The notes under the pieces: generated by a model
Databases searched by the model: none
Told to the model about the DNA's origin: nothing
The model's input: only the letters and a program-made list of their open reading frames with translations
Position numbers and translations under genes: made by a program
NCBI GenBank assembly: GCA_002633005.1
Contig: NMRA01000329.1
Span: 271,219 to 335,218 of the forward strand
Origin: Phoronis australis
Lineage: Eukaryota; Animalia; Phoronida
Direction of reading: 5' to 3'
Length of the DNA: 64,000 bases
Shown: positions 1 to 25,900 of the stretch, in pieces
How positions within the stretch are numbered: position 1 is the stretch's first letter
Layout of the letters: every line of letters begins with the position of its first letter

Positions 1-780
1 TCATCACAAATTTTGGTCCGACTGGTTGACAATGAAGCTGGTGACCAGTTGCCTAGCCTACCCTGTTCAGACAAAAATGATCTGCTGTATTAATGTCCCC
101 TCTGCGGTCGTCACTTGGGTCGGAAATCTGAGGCAAGTAGCAAATCATAGCCTCGTGCCAAGTCCTGGTGTTTTTTCGATCATTTCTCCAAATATTCATT
201 AACTCTCGATTGTGCTGAGCTCATATGCAGTGCTCTATGTCTAGTCAAAACTCATGGTCTTTGCAGCTACACTGTAATAATTATTTTTCCAAACACCATT
301 CTAATTCCTCTAAAGTTTTACCATTATACTCGGTGAGTAGCCATCATTTGCATGCTGATGCCAATAAAATTGACCAGAGTGTTGTTATTTACTTGATTAA
401 TGTCCAACTCGTTCTGAAGGAACGTAGCTAGCAGCCTAAATGCTTTCAAAAACTACAACAGTAGACACCAAAATTGTTCAGTCAATATGATGCATGATTC
501 CCAGTCATGGCATCTGGATGAAAGCTGATTTTATCATCAGAATATTAGCCTTCTCTTAAAGCCAAGGGTGAAGAAGGAGTTGACAAGAAAGATAAAAAGT
601 GGCTTAGCCATAGAACTTTGATACTTTAGGTGAATAGTCATTACTTGTCTTTTTTGAGATTTGAGTCGGGGACTGGCTGGTCATGGAGTTGTATGTCGTG
701 AGGGGTCGATTGTGTGCAAAGGCAGGTAAATATGAATGGTTTGATGAACTTTTTACCCGATATTTGCATTTGTCTTGTAG

Positions 781-2107
781 AAATGGATCGAGATATCAAG
801 TCGAAAACGAAGAAACAAACCGCCACAGTGTGAAATATGTCAGTATCTCTATCGCAGACACAAGCAATTCAAGGTGAGGGCAAAAGGTTTTTACTGTCTG
901 GAAGTTCACATGCTGGCGTTGCTATAGTGAATTCTGTCGGATGTGTACTTTGACTATCTTAACTGTTAAGGTTGTGTTTGCTTTCTGTCATGTTACAAAG
1001 GAAAGTTCATTGCAGGGCTCGGTAACGATTTCACTAATTCGGTACAAAACGTGGCCGGAAAGTAAAATTTTCTTTTCTCACTTTTTTCAAAAAGAATAAA
1101 TAGTAGCAAGTGAAAGTAAAGCTTTACTATTTTCAAGTGCTTTACCACAGCTCCCGGCAGACAATATTTTGGGGAATGGTGGCATTCAGAGCTGCATTTA
1201 AGAAGCCATCAAAAATGAAAATAAGACAATTTTGACAACCTAGTTCCACATGTAATAGTAAGTGTACTCATGTGCTTAGTAGTTCAGTTATTCAATTTAG
1301 CTAGTCTTTCATATCGTGTATTCAATGTATTTTTATAAAATTGTATAATTTGTAATTTTAAGTCACTTAATAGCAAATACTATGATTTAATATTTAGTAA
1401 TGATTTAGTCTTAGAATTTAAGTGTAACAGCATTTTTGAGATTTTATCTTGACTGTTTATATCAAGGAAATTTTGGTTACATTATGGATACCGTTGTTTT
1501 GCTCAATGTACTACCTTTTTACCAAATTTTATTAAAAAGACATGGGATTGGTCACTTAACTCAATCAATGAAACGTTAGTAAAAAATCAAACTTCAGATT
1601 CTACAGGATTCCTAGTATCATAAAACATGTTTTGTTGAGTTGAAATCAATAATTTTGCAGATATTGGGGTGAATACACACACTTGTGGATAAGGTCTTAC
1701 ATAAACTCAACCACTTTCTCATCTATTTATAGTTCCGCAGTTTCCGGTTGCCACGGATCTCGCGCTGTGACAAGATTCTACACACGATCTTCTTCCTTAC
1801 GATACTGACAATGATTGGCTGTGCTGTGGCCACAGTGTTGTGTTTCCTGTCTGATAAAGACCGCGCATCGGAACACGCGCAGAACCCCGAAGTGCGTGTC
1901 AAGTTGACACCCGAGGAGATTGTGACCTTGACCTGTGGTGTCACATTCTTCGTCGCTTTCTTCGTCGCAATGTCCGTTCAGATCAAGGCAAAGAGGACAA
2001 TCTACCAACTTGCTATTCGGTTTGTTAGACAGAATTTGATTTGGACAATCGAGTCCTATGAACGAAGTCTCGACTATGACTATAAAGGCCCACCTGTGGC
2101 CGTGTGA
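781..2107 (+). CDS. 3' part of a RING-CH (MARCH-family) membrane E3 ubiquitin ligase; last two coding exons 781-873 and 1733-2107; 5' exons lie outside the window
   Basis: Exon 781-873 (tgtag|...aag|gtgagg) translates KWIEISSRKRRNKPPQCEICQYLYRRHKQFK, the W...CEIC end of a RING-CH finger. It splices in phase 0 to 1733 (tatag|TTC CGC), which encodes two hydrophobic TM segments (ILHTIFFLTILTMIGCAVATVLCFL; IVTLTCGVTFFVAFFVAMSV). Stop TGA 2105-2107. RING-CH followed by two TMs is the MARCH architecture; the paralog cannot be named. Confidence 0.8.
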
Positions 2108-3039
2108 GCGTTTGTGTGACGGCCATCGACTTGTGCTGACTTGTCGGAGGCATAGTTAGGTTGGACTGTTCATTGCCTATACGTGGCATTTCCAACTATT
2201 TCTTGACTGTGAACAGCAGTATGACTTGAGCATCAGAAGTCATGGCCACCCGACATTATCGGTTCAGTCTCCAATGGTGTTTCGTGCTGACAGGGTTTTG
2301 AAGAAGTGAATGACTTTTTTCGTAAATTATGCAAATGTTGGAATCTCCATGTATTTGTTTTACTGCTTGACAAAGACAAGTTCAGCTTTGGAGTTATAAC
2401 ATATTTAGGACAAAGAAAGCATAGGCTTCAAATCCCGATTATTTGTTACAAAATGAAGATACGGAATGTTTTGCAGATTATCATTGATAACAAGGTCTTG
2501 TGTGTCGATGTGAGCAACACAGACTACCATTTAAAACGTGCACCAGGCACTGTTAAAGAATGTAATATGACAATGTTTTGATTGTTACAGATCAGTTGCA
2601 AAGCTAGTAGTTGTTTTGGGGGGTTAGTAAGTTGTGATGATTTATGTTCAAGAACATAATTCAGATGTCTAAATACTAGATATCTCTAAACAACAAATTT
2701 CTGTTGTGTTGCCTTTTAAAAATTTAAACCCGTCCTTATAAACAAGATAAAGGTGTTTTGCTGTTGTGCCTTTGTTCAAAACTGGTTTAAAACTACTGAT
2801 CTAGAGCAGACATGTTATTTAAAAAGTGCTTCAAGCAATGTTTTATTTATTTTTATATAATTATTTAGTTGCCTAAGGTACAAGCTGAGATTATTTAAAC
2901 GTGAATGTTCAAAGCTGAAAAATTACATTCAGGCAAACTGAAATTCAAATAAACAGAGCTGAAGATTATTGCAGTCATGCTTCATATTACGTGATAATTT
3001 TATGTATAGTGAAAATCATTGAATGCACATCAAAGAGAA

Positions 3040-3547
3040 CAGGGCCCGGTCTCCAATCTCCGTACTCAGACTCGAATCATGCTCAAACTCACACTTCATA
3101 CTCAACTCGAGTACAGACTCAGCTTTGGTGTATTCAATGTCATACTCGAAAAATCTGTACTCGAAATTTCGAGCACGTACTCAGTTTTCGAGTGTACTCG
3201 AACTGAAGTGTATCTCATCTATATTTCGANACACTCAGAATTCCACGTTATAGACATACTCTTGAAGTTGTAGCGACAGCAGACGATAATGTAGGCCTAG
3301 TTCTTGGGGTGGTCTATTCCAATAGCGAGCGATGAATCAGCGCGGCTTTGCGTGATTTTGCACTTCACATCATAAAGAGTTCCATAGCAACTCGAGTATG
3401 AGTGTCAGATTTGAGTACGTTTGGAGTCTACTCGAAATAAGACATTAGATACGCTTTTTTGAGTACGACTCCAGTGAGCACGATTTTGAGTATGAAATCT
3501 CGAGTATGAGTATGAGTCTGAGTACGGAGATTGGAGACCGGGCCCAG
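3040..3547. mobile_element. MITE with ~32-bp perfect terminal inverted repeats and ACTCGA/TCGAGT subterminal repeats
   Basis: gggcccggtctccaatctccgtactcagactc (3042-3073) is exactly inverted at 3514-3545. Many actcga motifs on the left arm and gagta/tcgagt on the right. No TSD recognised. Confidence 0.85.
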
Positions 3548-6500
3548 ATTTGTGGGATAAAAGTCCACATCATGCATGCTATTGTTTGCTCTGTAAGCTC
3601 CCCATCTACTTGTATATTAGATAACGTGAGCCTTTGGCTCTTTGAAATACTTCTACAAATATAGTGATCTCTACAGATAGTGCATCTATGTCTGCTGGCA
3701 GTGTTGCTCGGCATATTCACTATCCCACAATCCTTTGTGCCTTCACGAAACTGAGGACAAAGGATCATGACGGTGTCGTCTGACTAGTCCCGTCAGTGGG
3801 ACTAATGGTTGAATCTTAACGCCAAAAAGAATTGCAGTGGACATCTATCACAAAGCCATGATTTGAAGTCATCCGGTGTACACTGATATCTTCTTTGTAA
3901 GGGAACAGTTAGGTTTGCTTTACCCATGTCATCGTTCAGCTTTTGTTTTGCCTTGATGAACACGTGTGGCATTCCAACGTTAACTTCCAGTTACAGTACT
4001 AACCAAATGTATTCAAACAAAGTGGCCCACAATTCCCTGTCATGATGGCTGGGCTGAAGCCGAATTCATCGTCAGAGTAACCTTTCCTCATGAATGAAAA
4101 TGAAAGTGAATTAATTGGAAAGTTAGTAAGGTGGCTAAACCATTTGGTAATAAGAATTTTGCTGCCAACAGTTATCACCATTCATTTTAGCCATTCACGG
4201 AATTAACTGTCATTATTGGGAAACAGTATTTTGTCTGATTTCTTTGGTCTTGCACTGTATGTAAGCATAGACTATAGTATACTGACAGCCAACTCTGTAT
4301 ATTTTCAATGGACGAAATCTGTGATTTTCCGTAGATAACCAGATAGGCGTGTATTTGGAAAATGGAAATTTTCAGGCATTTTAGTAACACCAAATAAATG
4401 CCTGGGTGCATGAACAGAATGTCATAGTTTTGGCTTCGCAAATGCCAGCGCAATATATATTTTTGTAAGTGAAACAGCCCTTCTGGGCTCGCCAACACTT
4501 TGTTCGTTTTTATAAGTGATAAATGCTCCAGAAAAGTGAATTTGTGACTAGAAAGTCGATGCTTAATGGGCTTTTAAGAGGAAATTTTCCGACTAAACGT
4601 CCTCCTATCCGGACACTTGACACCAGAAGTTGTAACACCAAATAAATGCCTATGGGCTTGTCTAAGGAAAATCCTGGTACGCTCAAGCTGTGGCATCACT
4701 ATTCACTAGCGACACCTGACAGACAGCACGTTTAAAAGCATGAAAATTTTTAGACATCCAGTTGAGAAAACAGATGAAATTTGAGTCCAATACTGGAATA
4801 TTTTTTGTAAGTTTTTATTCCAGTATTAGACTCGAATTTGATCTATAGCACCTTTTACTTCTGGCAAGTACGTCGTCAACTTATCATGGTTGGTAGCATT
4901 GCCAAAAGTATTCACGATATCAAGAGTTCTACTATTGGAAGACATTGAACAGCGTTTCAATGCTGAAATTGTTCTTTTTGTTACACTAGACAGCAAAATA
5001 GATGCAAGAATTTCCCATCACAATACACTAACCGGAAGCTGAGTTTGCTATGTTTAGAGGGTGGCACCTCCTCTAAGATATTATGCAAGAAAATGTCGGA
5101 GTTGTGAATCTGTTGTCTATAATCTATGATGTAAGTGGCATAAATGAAGGTTCATGCAGTATGTATCGTTGCGAGGTAACCCCTCAAGATGAAATTATGA
5201 TACACCATGACATGCCAGTTTGGCTGTGGTTTAGTAATTTATGGCAAGCTAAGAGACAAGTAGTGCCTTATGGTTTGTTCCCGTTGCTTGTTACAAATGC
5301 GTTATTTGTTACAGTTGTGTAACTTTGTGTCAAATAACCGGGCCAAAAATATGTTCACCAGGCATGCCTTCAAAGCTAAATGTGCACCCAAAAGGTACTC
5401 TGATGCTTCTCGCTTTGTCAGACACTTGGTGGATCATTAAACAGCCAGTTTCTTTTATTACCCCGTAGATCTGACTCAGTTCTGTCTCAAAGTTTGCAAA
5501 GTAACAAAAGGGTTCTTTTTTGATGGGGTGCATTTGTGTTTTAGTTGAATGCTACTAGTTTCATTCAAGTGAGATGCCAATATTGGATTTGGGATGGGAG
5601 AATTAGGGATAGGTTGAAATCACCAAAACAGGGTTTACTATCCTTTTAACTGATCCTTTCTGAATATCACAAGATACCTACTGACACACGCTAATCACTT
5701 ATCAAGGACGTAATAATCATTAGACAAACTGACAAGTGTGTCTGCTCAACTTGAAATAATTTGAAACAGATAAGTAGCATAGTCAAATTAGACATACAAA
5801 TTTGGGCTGCGTTTTGTAGACTGCAAAACATTAACTTACACTCGCGTTGAAAAATCTTCATTCATGGAACGAATGCAGTGAATTTAATTCAACACACCAA
5901 CTAATCACTTCAGTGGTTGCCATTTTGATTGGTTAAGCCAGTAAGCTGCAGTACATATTCGTCAAATACTCGCTCTTCACTTTCTTCAATTTGCTAGGTC
6001 TCACTAGATCTTGCATTTCTCGTGAGAAACTTGGTCTATGGAACGCTCTCCTGTTGTAAATGATCACTTCTGTATCCACTTTTCATCAAGTTTGTTGTGA
6101 TATTATGATTATATAATGTTATCAATAAAATGTATTGACCCTAGTGAGGAGCTGCTAGTTTGTTTACAACTTAAAAAGTAGCAACATTCATTGTGATTTA
6201 CTGTCTTGGAGAGTATTATAGAAAATAATAACATGTTTTTCAAAATAATTTGTTTCCAAAAAGTCAACAGCATGTTTTCAAAATAGAAAGTAAGAGGTTG
6301 ACACAAATCATTTCATTTGATACTTGAAGGTTTCAAAACTTCTTCCAACACTCCACGTTTTTGTGGAAAATTAATGTTCTCTTTTATGGTAGAAACTCAA
6401 TTTATAGAAACTTTTAATAAAAATAAATTGAATAATGCTTATAGTTTTCAAACAAAATCACAACCTCGAAATCATCCAATCGAAAAGCTTTAATTAAAGT

Positions 6501-7537
6501 ACATATCCCAGGGTTCCAAATGGCTAAGCCACCTTTTCCACGCTCTCAATTATCTCAATCCAGTACATGACGAAAAAAACAATGATTACGTTTAGCCAAT
6601 GATGGAGCATATGTCTGAGTTTTGCGAGGAACTCAAATGCTGTCACTGTTAACAGTATGATTTGTGACACAAAGTTAGCGGAAATGAAGAAGAACAACTA
6701 AGGGTGCGGGTGATGAACTAAAAGCTTGCGTACGACGGCAAGAACAGGAAAATGGGGAATAATTACGACAACACAAATGTCAAAATGCCAAAACAATTTA
6801 AACGGTGGAAGATTCCTCCAATCACACACAGCAAACACTGCTTATGATGTCATATGCACTGGGATGACCTTCAAGCATACCGGGAGCATTTGTGTGCAAA
6901 TTGCAAACATGTGAATGGCTGACACTTCAACAGTGGCTACTGGACGTATTGTGTTAGAAATTAACAAGTAATTTTAAATCATTTTTTACTATTTTACTAA
7001 CATTGACCTCAGGATTTCTACCTTTCTAAACAATTTTTACCAATGGATGACAGACATTCTTGGTAAAAAGGTCAATTCACCAGTAATGTTGATTTTTTAA
7101 TTCAAAATCAAAATTTTCCAAAAATTGAAGTTGCCAGCTAAAAATGAAAAATCAAAACATATGACATTATCCAAAGGTTTTTCCTGAATCTGAAATGAAG
7201 GTTGTTACTTACCAAACAACAAACATTACAAAATGCACCAAATTTCTACAACGCAACTGAATTGCAACAGATCTTATACAAATTGTGTACTTATCTGACT
7301 CAGACTGTCTGTATGCCTCTCATGGCATTATCTTTACAATTCCAAATGACAGTCTCATTCTTAAGTCACAGCTATCCACTGGTGCACAACACATAGCTAA
7401 TGTACAGTAAAAATATGGCGTTATTTCACCTCGTGTTGCAACACCGTTCAGCAACGATTTAAACTAAGAGCACCAATCCAACTTTATCCAGTGTGTGGTG
7501 CAATACTCATTACGTCCGTCTGCTAAATGTAGCTCTG

Positions 7538-20349
<12,812 letters not shown>

Positions 20350-20574
20350 CTAAAAGATAAAGGATAACTTAGTTATAATCAATGAATCAATTATTATTCA
20401 AGCCCTCCTAGAGAACTTTGCATTTGCTGAGTTTAATATAATTACGATATGATTTTAGCTTCACTGCCACCACTAAGTGGAGTTGCAATGCATCTTTCTA
20501 GAATAGGTCAACTTCTTTTCAGCTATGATTGATTACTAATAAAACTATGTTAATACAGTGAATTGTGAATATTA

Positions 20575-20748
20575 GGGCACTAGTCGGATATCATGGACCC
20601 TGATTTAGAGTTCAATAACCAGGCAATTACTGAATAACGGCCCTGTTATTTAGTGGATGAATCCATAAGTAAGTAACAGGGCAGTTATTCAGTAATTGCC
20701 TGGTTCTCTAAAGCAGGGTCTATTATATCGGAATACAAGTAGTGCCAA
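20575..20748. repeat. Fold-back palindrome (MITE-like)
   Basis: aaccaggcaattactgaataacggccctgtta pairs with taacagggcagttattcagtaattgcctggtt; outer arms ggcacta...tagtgcc. A related fragment lies at ~48515-48560. Confidence 0.7.
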
Positions 20749-21008
20749 TATTACATCAACGGGTTAGGAATGCACTCCAGGGCAGATGACAAAACAACTG
20801 CCAGCCTTTTAACAAGTGCTTTGTCATGAATCATGATACAGGGTCCTTGCTTGGTGACCTTGTGTCAAAGCACAACCAGAAATGAATAAATGAGCGACGA
20901 CAAGTGATGCAACTTTGTCGAAACTACATAACGTGCTAGCTACCCTGTGATTGGCTGCTGCCTTAGACAGTAATCACCGTCTACCGCTGGCCCAGTAGAG
21001 ACAGTGGA

Positions 21009-21499
21009 ACTCCTACAGGAGCTTCATATGCTGGAAGCTTTTCTGCAAATTATGCCTCATACTGACTAAAACATCAAAGTCACGTTGTTATAAATACCTT
21101 TTGCACATACAGGGTCTACCTTAGCAGGCCGTATTTAATTCTTTTCAACGACGAAATACTCCCATTATCAAAATTTTTTTTCGAGGAGTTTCTCGTTCTG
21201 TTCCCAAACATTTTTACATTGCACACGCCAGGGGATATGACGTCATACCACCTGCCACACACAGTGTTAAAAATGGTGAGTTTGCGAACTTGGGAACTGA
21301 ATGAGGGACTGTTTGGAGAAAAAGTCTGATAACGGCCAGGAGATTTTCATCGAGTTGGATAAAATTAAATACATTGACAGCCTCCTAAGGTGTCCCTCTA
21401 TGAGCAAAAGGGGTTTATAACAACGTGACTTTGATGTTTTAGTCAGTGCGGGGCATAATTCGCCGAAAAGCTTCCAGCATATGAAGCTCCTATAGGAGT
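21009..21499. mobile_element. MITE with ~95-bp terminal inverted repeats
   Basis: actcctacaggagcttcatatgctggaagctttt...gactaaaacatcaaagtcacgttgttataa (from 21009) is inverted at ~21405-21499 (ttataacaacgtgactttgatgttttagtc...aaaagcttccagcatatgaagctcctataggagt). Confidence 0.85.
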
Positions 21500-22980
21500 A
21501 GGGACGTGACAAAAATTTTTTTTTTCAAAACTTACCATTGATTTTGATGTCATTAGAAAGCTCTCATCAAGAGCTTTCCAAAAATATCTTTTTTACATTT
21601 GTACCTACAATACTTCCAGAGATATTGCATTGTAACGATCGCTTTTGAAGCTACTAATTCTCCTATTGTTTTAGCCCAAAACATGACGCATTATATTAGT
21701 ATTTTTTACAACATATAATCATAACTTCGCCAGCTCTCAACCAATTTAAATGAAACTTTTTTTGTTAGAAAGATAATAATGTTTAGAACCTGGTTTGATA
21801 AACACCAAAACAATTCTCGACTGGAATGATTAACTGATTGTAATTAAGTTAATTACTTAAGAGAAAATTCTCACAATTCTTTCTCTAGATGTAACACTAA
21901 TAGGATTCTAAGGCTATGTGAGCTTAATTAAGAGTAACAATACATAAAAATACCACCATTTTGTTAATAATACACAGAAAATAAGTATTAATTAGTAATC
22001 AACTAATTACCAAAACAGACTTGAATAACCATAGTACCATCTTTATTGTACGTACATGACCACTATAACAAGTGCAATGATGAACTGAAAAGTTAGTAAA
22101 TGCTTTCCTCAATGTGAGCACACCACCCTTCATCACGATTCTAAACGTAGTTGGAAGCAGAGCGATGTAGGCAATGTATGAGACATTGTGTGATACCCAA
22201 CAAAGCACAGACACTTCAAACACTGATGCACGCAGTAGAAAATATGGATGAATGTCCCACTTTGAAGAATGAGTGTGTTTTGATTTCAAAACACTATTGA
22301 TGTCAAAAGTGATACAAAATTGACTTACAATTTTAAGAAATAGAAAAAATATATACATAAAGGTCAAACCTATCCGAAAATATGAAGGCGTCATCGTCTC
22401 TTTCATAGAGCTTATATGCTGAATTTCATGAAGATTCATCAAGGAACTCTCATGACACTTAGGCAATCGTAAAAAAAAAATAAAAGTGCCACTACCGGAC
22501 ACACCTGCAGTCAGATTTTTCTGCAACTTGTCGTCATCTGTTATCTCCATAGGAGCACACCTGCCAAATCTCACAAAGCACCTCCAAATACTTAAAAAGT
22601 TACAGCCAGACGCGAAAAAAAATTGCCACTAGGGGTCACCACAGTAGTGGAACCTGCCCAAAAATCAGCGTCAGCCGTAGCCTACTTATCATGATCATTT
22701 GAGAAATTTGGCAAACAGGAAGGCCGATGCCACCAGGTGGTGCAAAATATGCCATTATTTGATAATGAAATAAACAAATAATAACGGTGACGATGAAATA
22801 TTACCATACTCATTTACACAAAAAAATCTTGCAAAACAAGACTCGCCAAATTGTAATGGTAACTGGCACACCGGAAGACCCGGGATTGTTTACAAACTAG
22901 TACTTCATCAGCATATCCACAACGTAGCATTCTCAAAATAAGTACACTATCAGCCCAATACATGCTACGACACTTTTTAC

Positions 22981-25900
22981 TCAGCAGAAAACTAAATCTT
23001 TATTGACAAAATCTGCAGCTAATTCATATTTATGTAGATCATAATCCAAAGCAGAGTCTTCATCTTCTTCTTCTTGCCAATAACGTATTATATATTTCTG
23101 CTCTTTCAGTTTCAGCACATGACCGTTGTACATGATCTTTTTGCCATCGCACTCGTCGACCCAGACATGAAGAATCCTTTTCCCCACCACCCTGCCTTCG
23201 ATTATATCTCTGACAGCGTCCTTCGCCTCCATCTCAAGCTCTGGAAAATCTTTGACAACGTCAAAATCTTTTTTTTTCAGAATTTTCTCATTTTTCCTTC
23301 GAAGCTGGGCATCCCTTTTGATACTCTTTGCAGCCAGTCTTCGTCTCAGCTCCATTTTTAAAAGACGAGCTTCCCTCCGCTTGACAGTGCGTTGTTGACG
23401 AGCAAGACTTACGGCTGCCTTGATGATGCGATCTCTCTCGACTTTGGGAGTGCTGTCGAGTCTCTGTACAATTTTGTTCTTTGTGGCACGAATCTTGCAT
23501 GAAAGGTACTCCAGAGTCGCACTCGGTGCCTTGGCTTGGATAGCACTGAAAAAGCCCATTACCTCTTCGCTATCCATATTGTGGAGTTTTGCTGACTGAG
23601 TTGCCCTCTTTAGATCCTCTGTGGTTTCGATCTGGAAGTATCGACTGTACTGCCTCTCAAGAACTTTAATTGTTGTCTCCAGACAGGTCGCCATGACTTT
23701 GTTAAATAGCCCCATGTTGTATGGCGTCACCTGCAACGATACAATGAATTCATCTCTGTCCAATTCCTCGCCAAAGAAGTCGAAACATGTTGACAACGTC
23801 TTCGACGGACACTCAAGGGCGACTTTACACTCAGCTATGACGCGTTTCACTTGAGTGAAGGCTTCCAGGTGGTTGACGTCAGTGCTGGGCTGGTAAAAAC
23901 GCGTCATCCAAGGCCCAGTAACCAGCTTTCCAATTAAGCCCAGGACTTGAAACTCTGTCTTGGCCAATTCAGTTGCGAAATCAGCAGCCACAGCTTTCTG
24001 GAGCGTTCCACAGGCAAGAACAGAGTTCTGCAGAAAATCATGGAAAATTGTGTGGTGGTAAAAATACTTCGCACATAAATGGAACAGAATGTGGAGTCTG
24101 TTGCCACGATAACGGGGAATAAATCCATGCCCAAGATGCTCATCATCAAGAAAAGACATGAACGCTTTGGGGTCACCTTTTGGACTGTTCTTGTACCGAA
24201 TCTTGTTCATTGCAAATACAATGTTAGCGGCGATGCAGTCACGTCCCAGAACTCTGCCAGGTTCGTCTTCATGTTTCTTAAGTGCGCTACGGCATGAACT
24301 AGCTATTGTGTCTAGTGGATGAAGGTGGCAGTTTAGCTCATTCAGTGGCTTGTTCCATTCATCTTCAAGCAGGCTCACCGTGGCATGGTTGACTGCCGCC
24401 CGGTCCGTCATGGTGTTAGCTATGTTCTTGACCATTCCAAGACGACATTCTTCAAAATTAGAATTACCTATAGAGGCGCACACTCCTGCAATCCTTTCTA
24501 AGCTTTGGGTCACATGTGATGAATNACCTATAGAGGCACACACACCTGCAATCCTTTCTAAGCTTTGGGTCACATGTGATGAATAATCAGCTGCTGTACC
24601 ACCAGGAAGTTCATCTACCGAAAGGACAAGAGCATCATCTGTGGTGGTGACGTGAACTGCGTTTACATGTACACCAATCTGGGTAGTAGCATCAAAGCCT
24701 AGTGTAACATCAGGTCACCTGTGTCTCACCAACAAACAAGTCAGATAAGACCCCAAGTTCCCTGGCCATCATCTCTACAGTGCTGTGATGTGGGATACTT
24801 TCGACTTGAATTCCCGCCCGTCCAAGTATACTGCTAATCAGTACTGGTACGTTCTTTGTCGGCACATTATTGGTAAGACAGTCATAAACCATCATACGAA
24901 TGTCAGGGTGAAATGTTTTAGAGAGCTCAAACCTATTTTTATCTTTGTCTTCTTGAAGAGCAGAGACTACATCTTCTTGTTCAGTGACCCTTACTTCCAA
25001 CCGTTGATTTTCTTCTTCTTTTTTCCTCAGTTCATCTAGCAATGCCTGATTTGGGGTTGGCGATCTGAATTCTTGCCGCTTGCTTTGGTGATACCTAAAA
25101 ACAAAGAAGACTGGTAAAGGAATAAGTAAGGTTGCTGATTATCTACAATGCCACATTTATGTATACCTTTCAAAAGTTTTATTTGCTGATTACTAAAAGA
25201 ACAATAATATTGTTTCGCGGAGATGAGATCACAACCTAATAATTGAACACGACTACTAATGCATATAAAATAGTCTAAAGCAGCATAGAATAACAGATTC
25301 TTAATTAATTGATAAAAAGTGTGATGGCTAAAACTTAACTGAAAAATGAACTGCTTCACTGCATCTAATAAATTACAACACACTATCCGTTATACAAGAG
25401 CAACGCAGAGCGTTGCAATGCGCCCACAATTGCACCGTATACAGTATCCTTCTAGGGTTGTTTCTTGGTACCATAAAGTGGCCAGTAGAGGGCATATATG
25501 TAGTATGTTGTACTTTGCAAAATGGAAAGGCATGGTCATTGTCTCCTCAATAGGCTAGGGGCAAAATGTGAGTGATCTTCATAATACAAGCACATCCTAT
25601 ACATCAGTTGCTTAAAGCACCACAGAAACATAGAATTAAAAACAAATTTACCAACATACGAGATTAGCACAGCATTAGAATGCCAGCAACAAATTTGTAC
25701 TTGGAACTTTTATTTCATAGTCACAAAGTAACACAAAGTATACATCTGAAGACCTATGAAAATACAGAGGTCAATGTAAAATACTAAAATTGCTACTAGA
25801 GGCATACCGGTAGTCAGAATCATCCTAAAGTCGTCATCGACCGTTGTCAACATCACATAAATACACTTGCTAAATTTAGTAAAGATCCTGCAAATGGTTT

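Noticed and set aside
630-877. ORF 683-877 or an extra MARCH exon at 630-725
   Set aside because: The RING-CH exon is 781-873 in another frame; 630-725 gives no RING-like translation.
4778-4840. Small inverted repeat (gagtccaatactggaata / tattccagtattagactc)
   Set aside because: Probably a MITE remnant; nothing supports a miRNA or other function.
21999-22574. 191-aa minus-strand ORF inside the transposon
   Set aside because: No recognisable domain; overlaps repeat units and AT-rich sequence.
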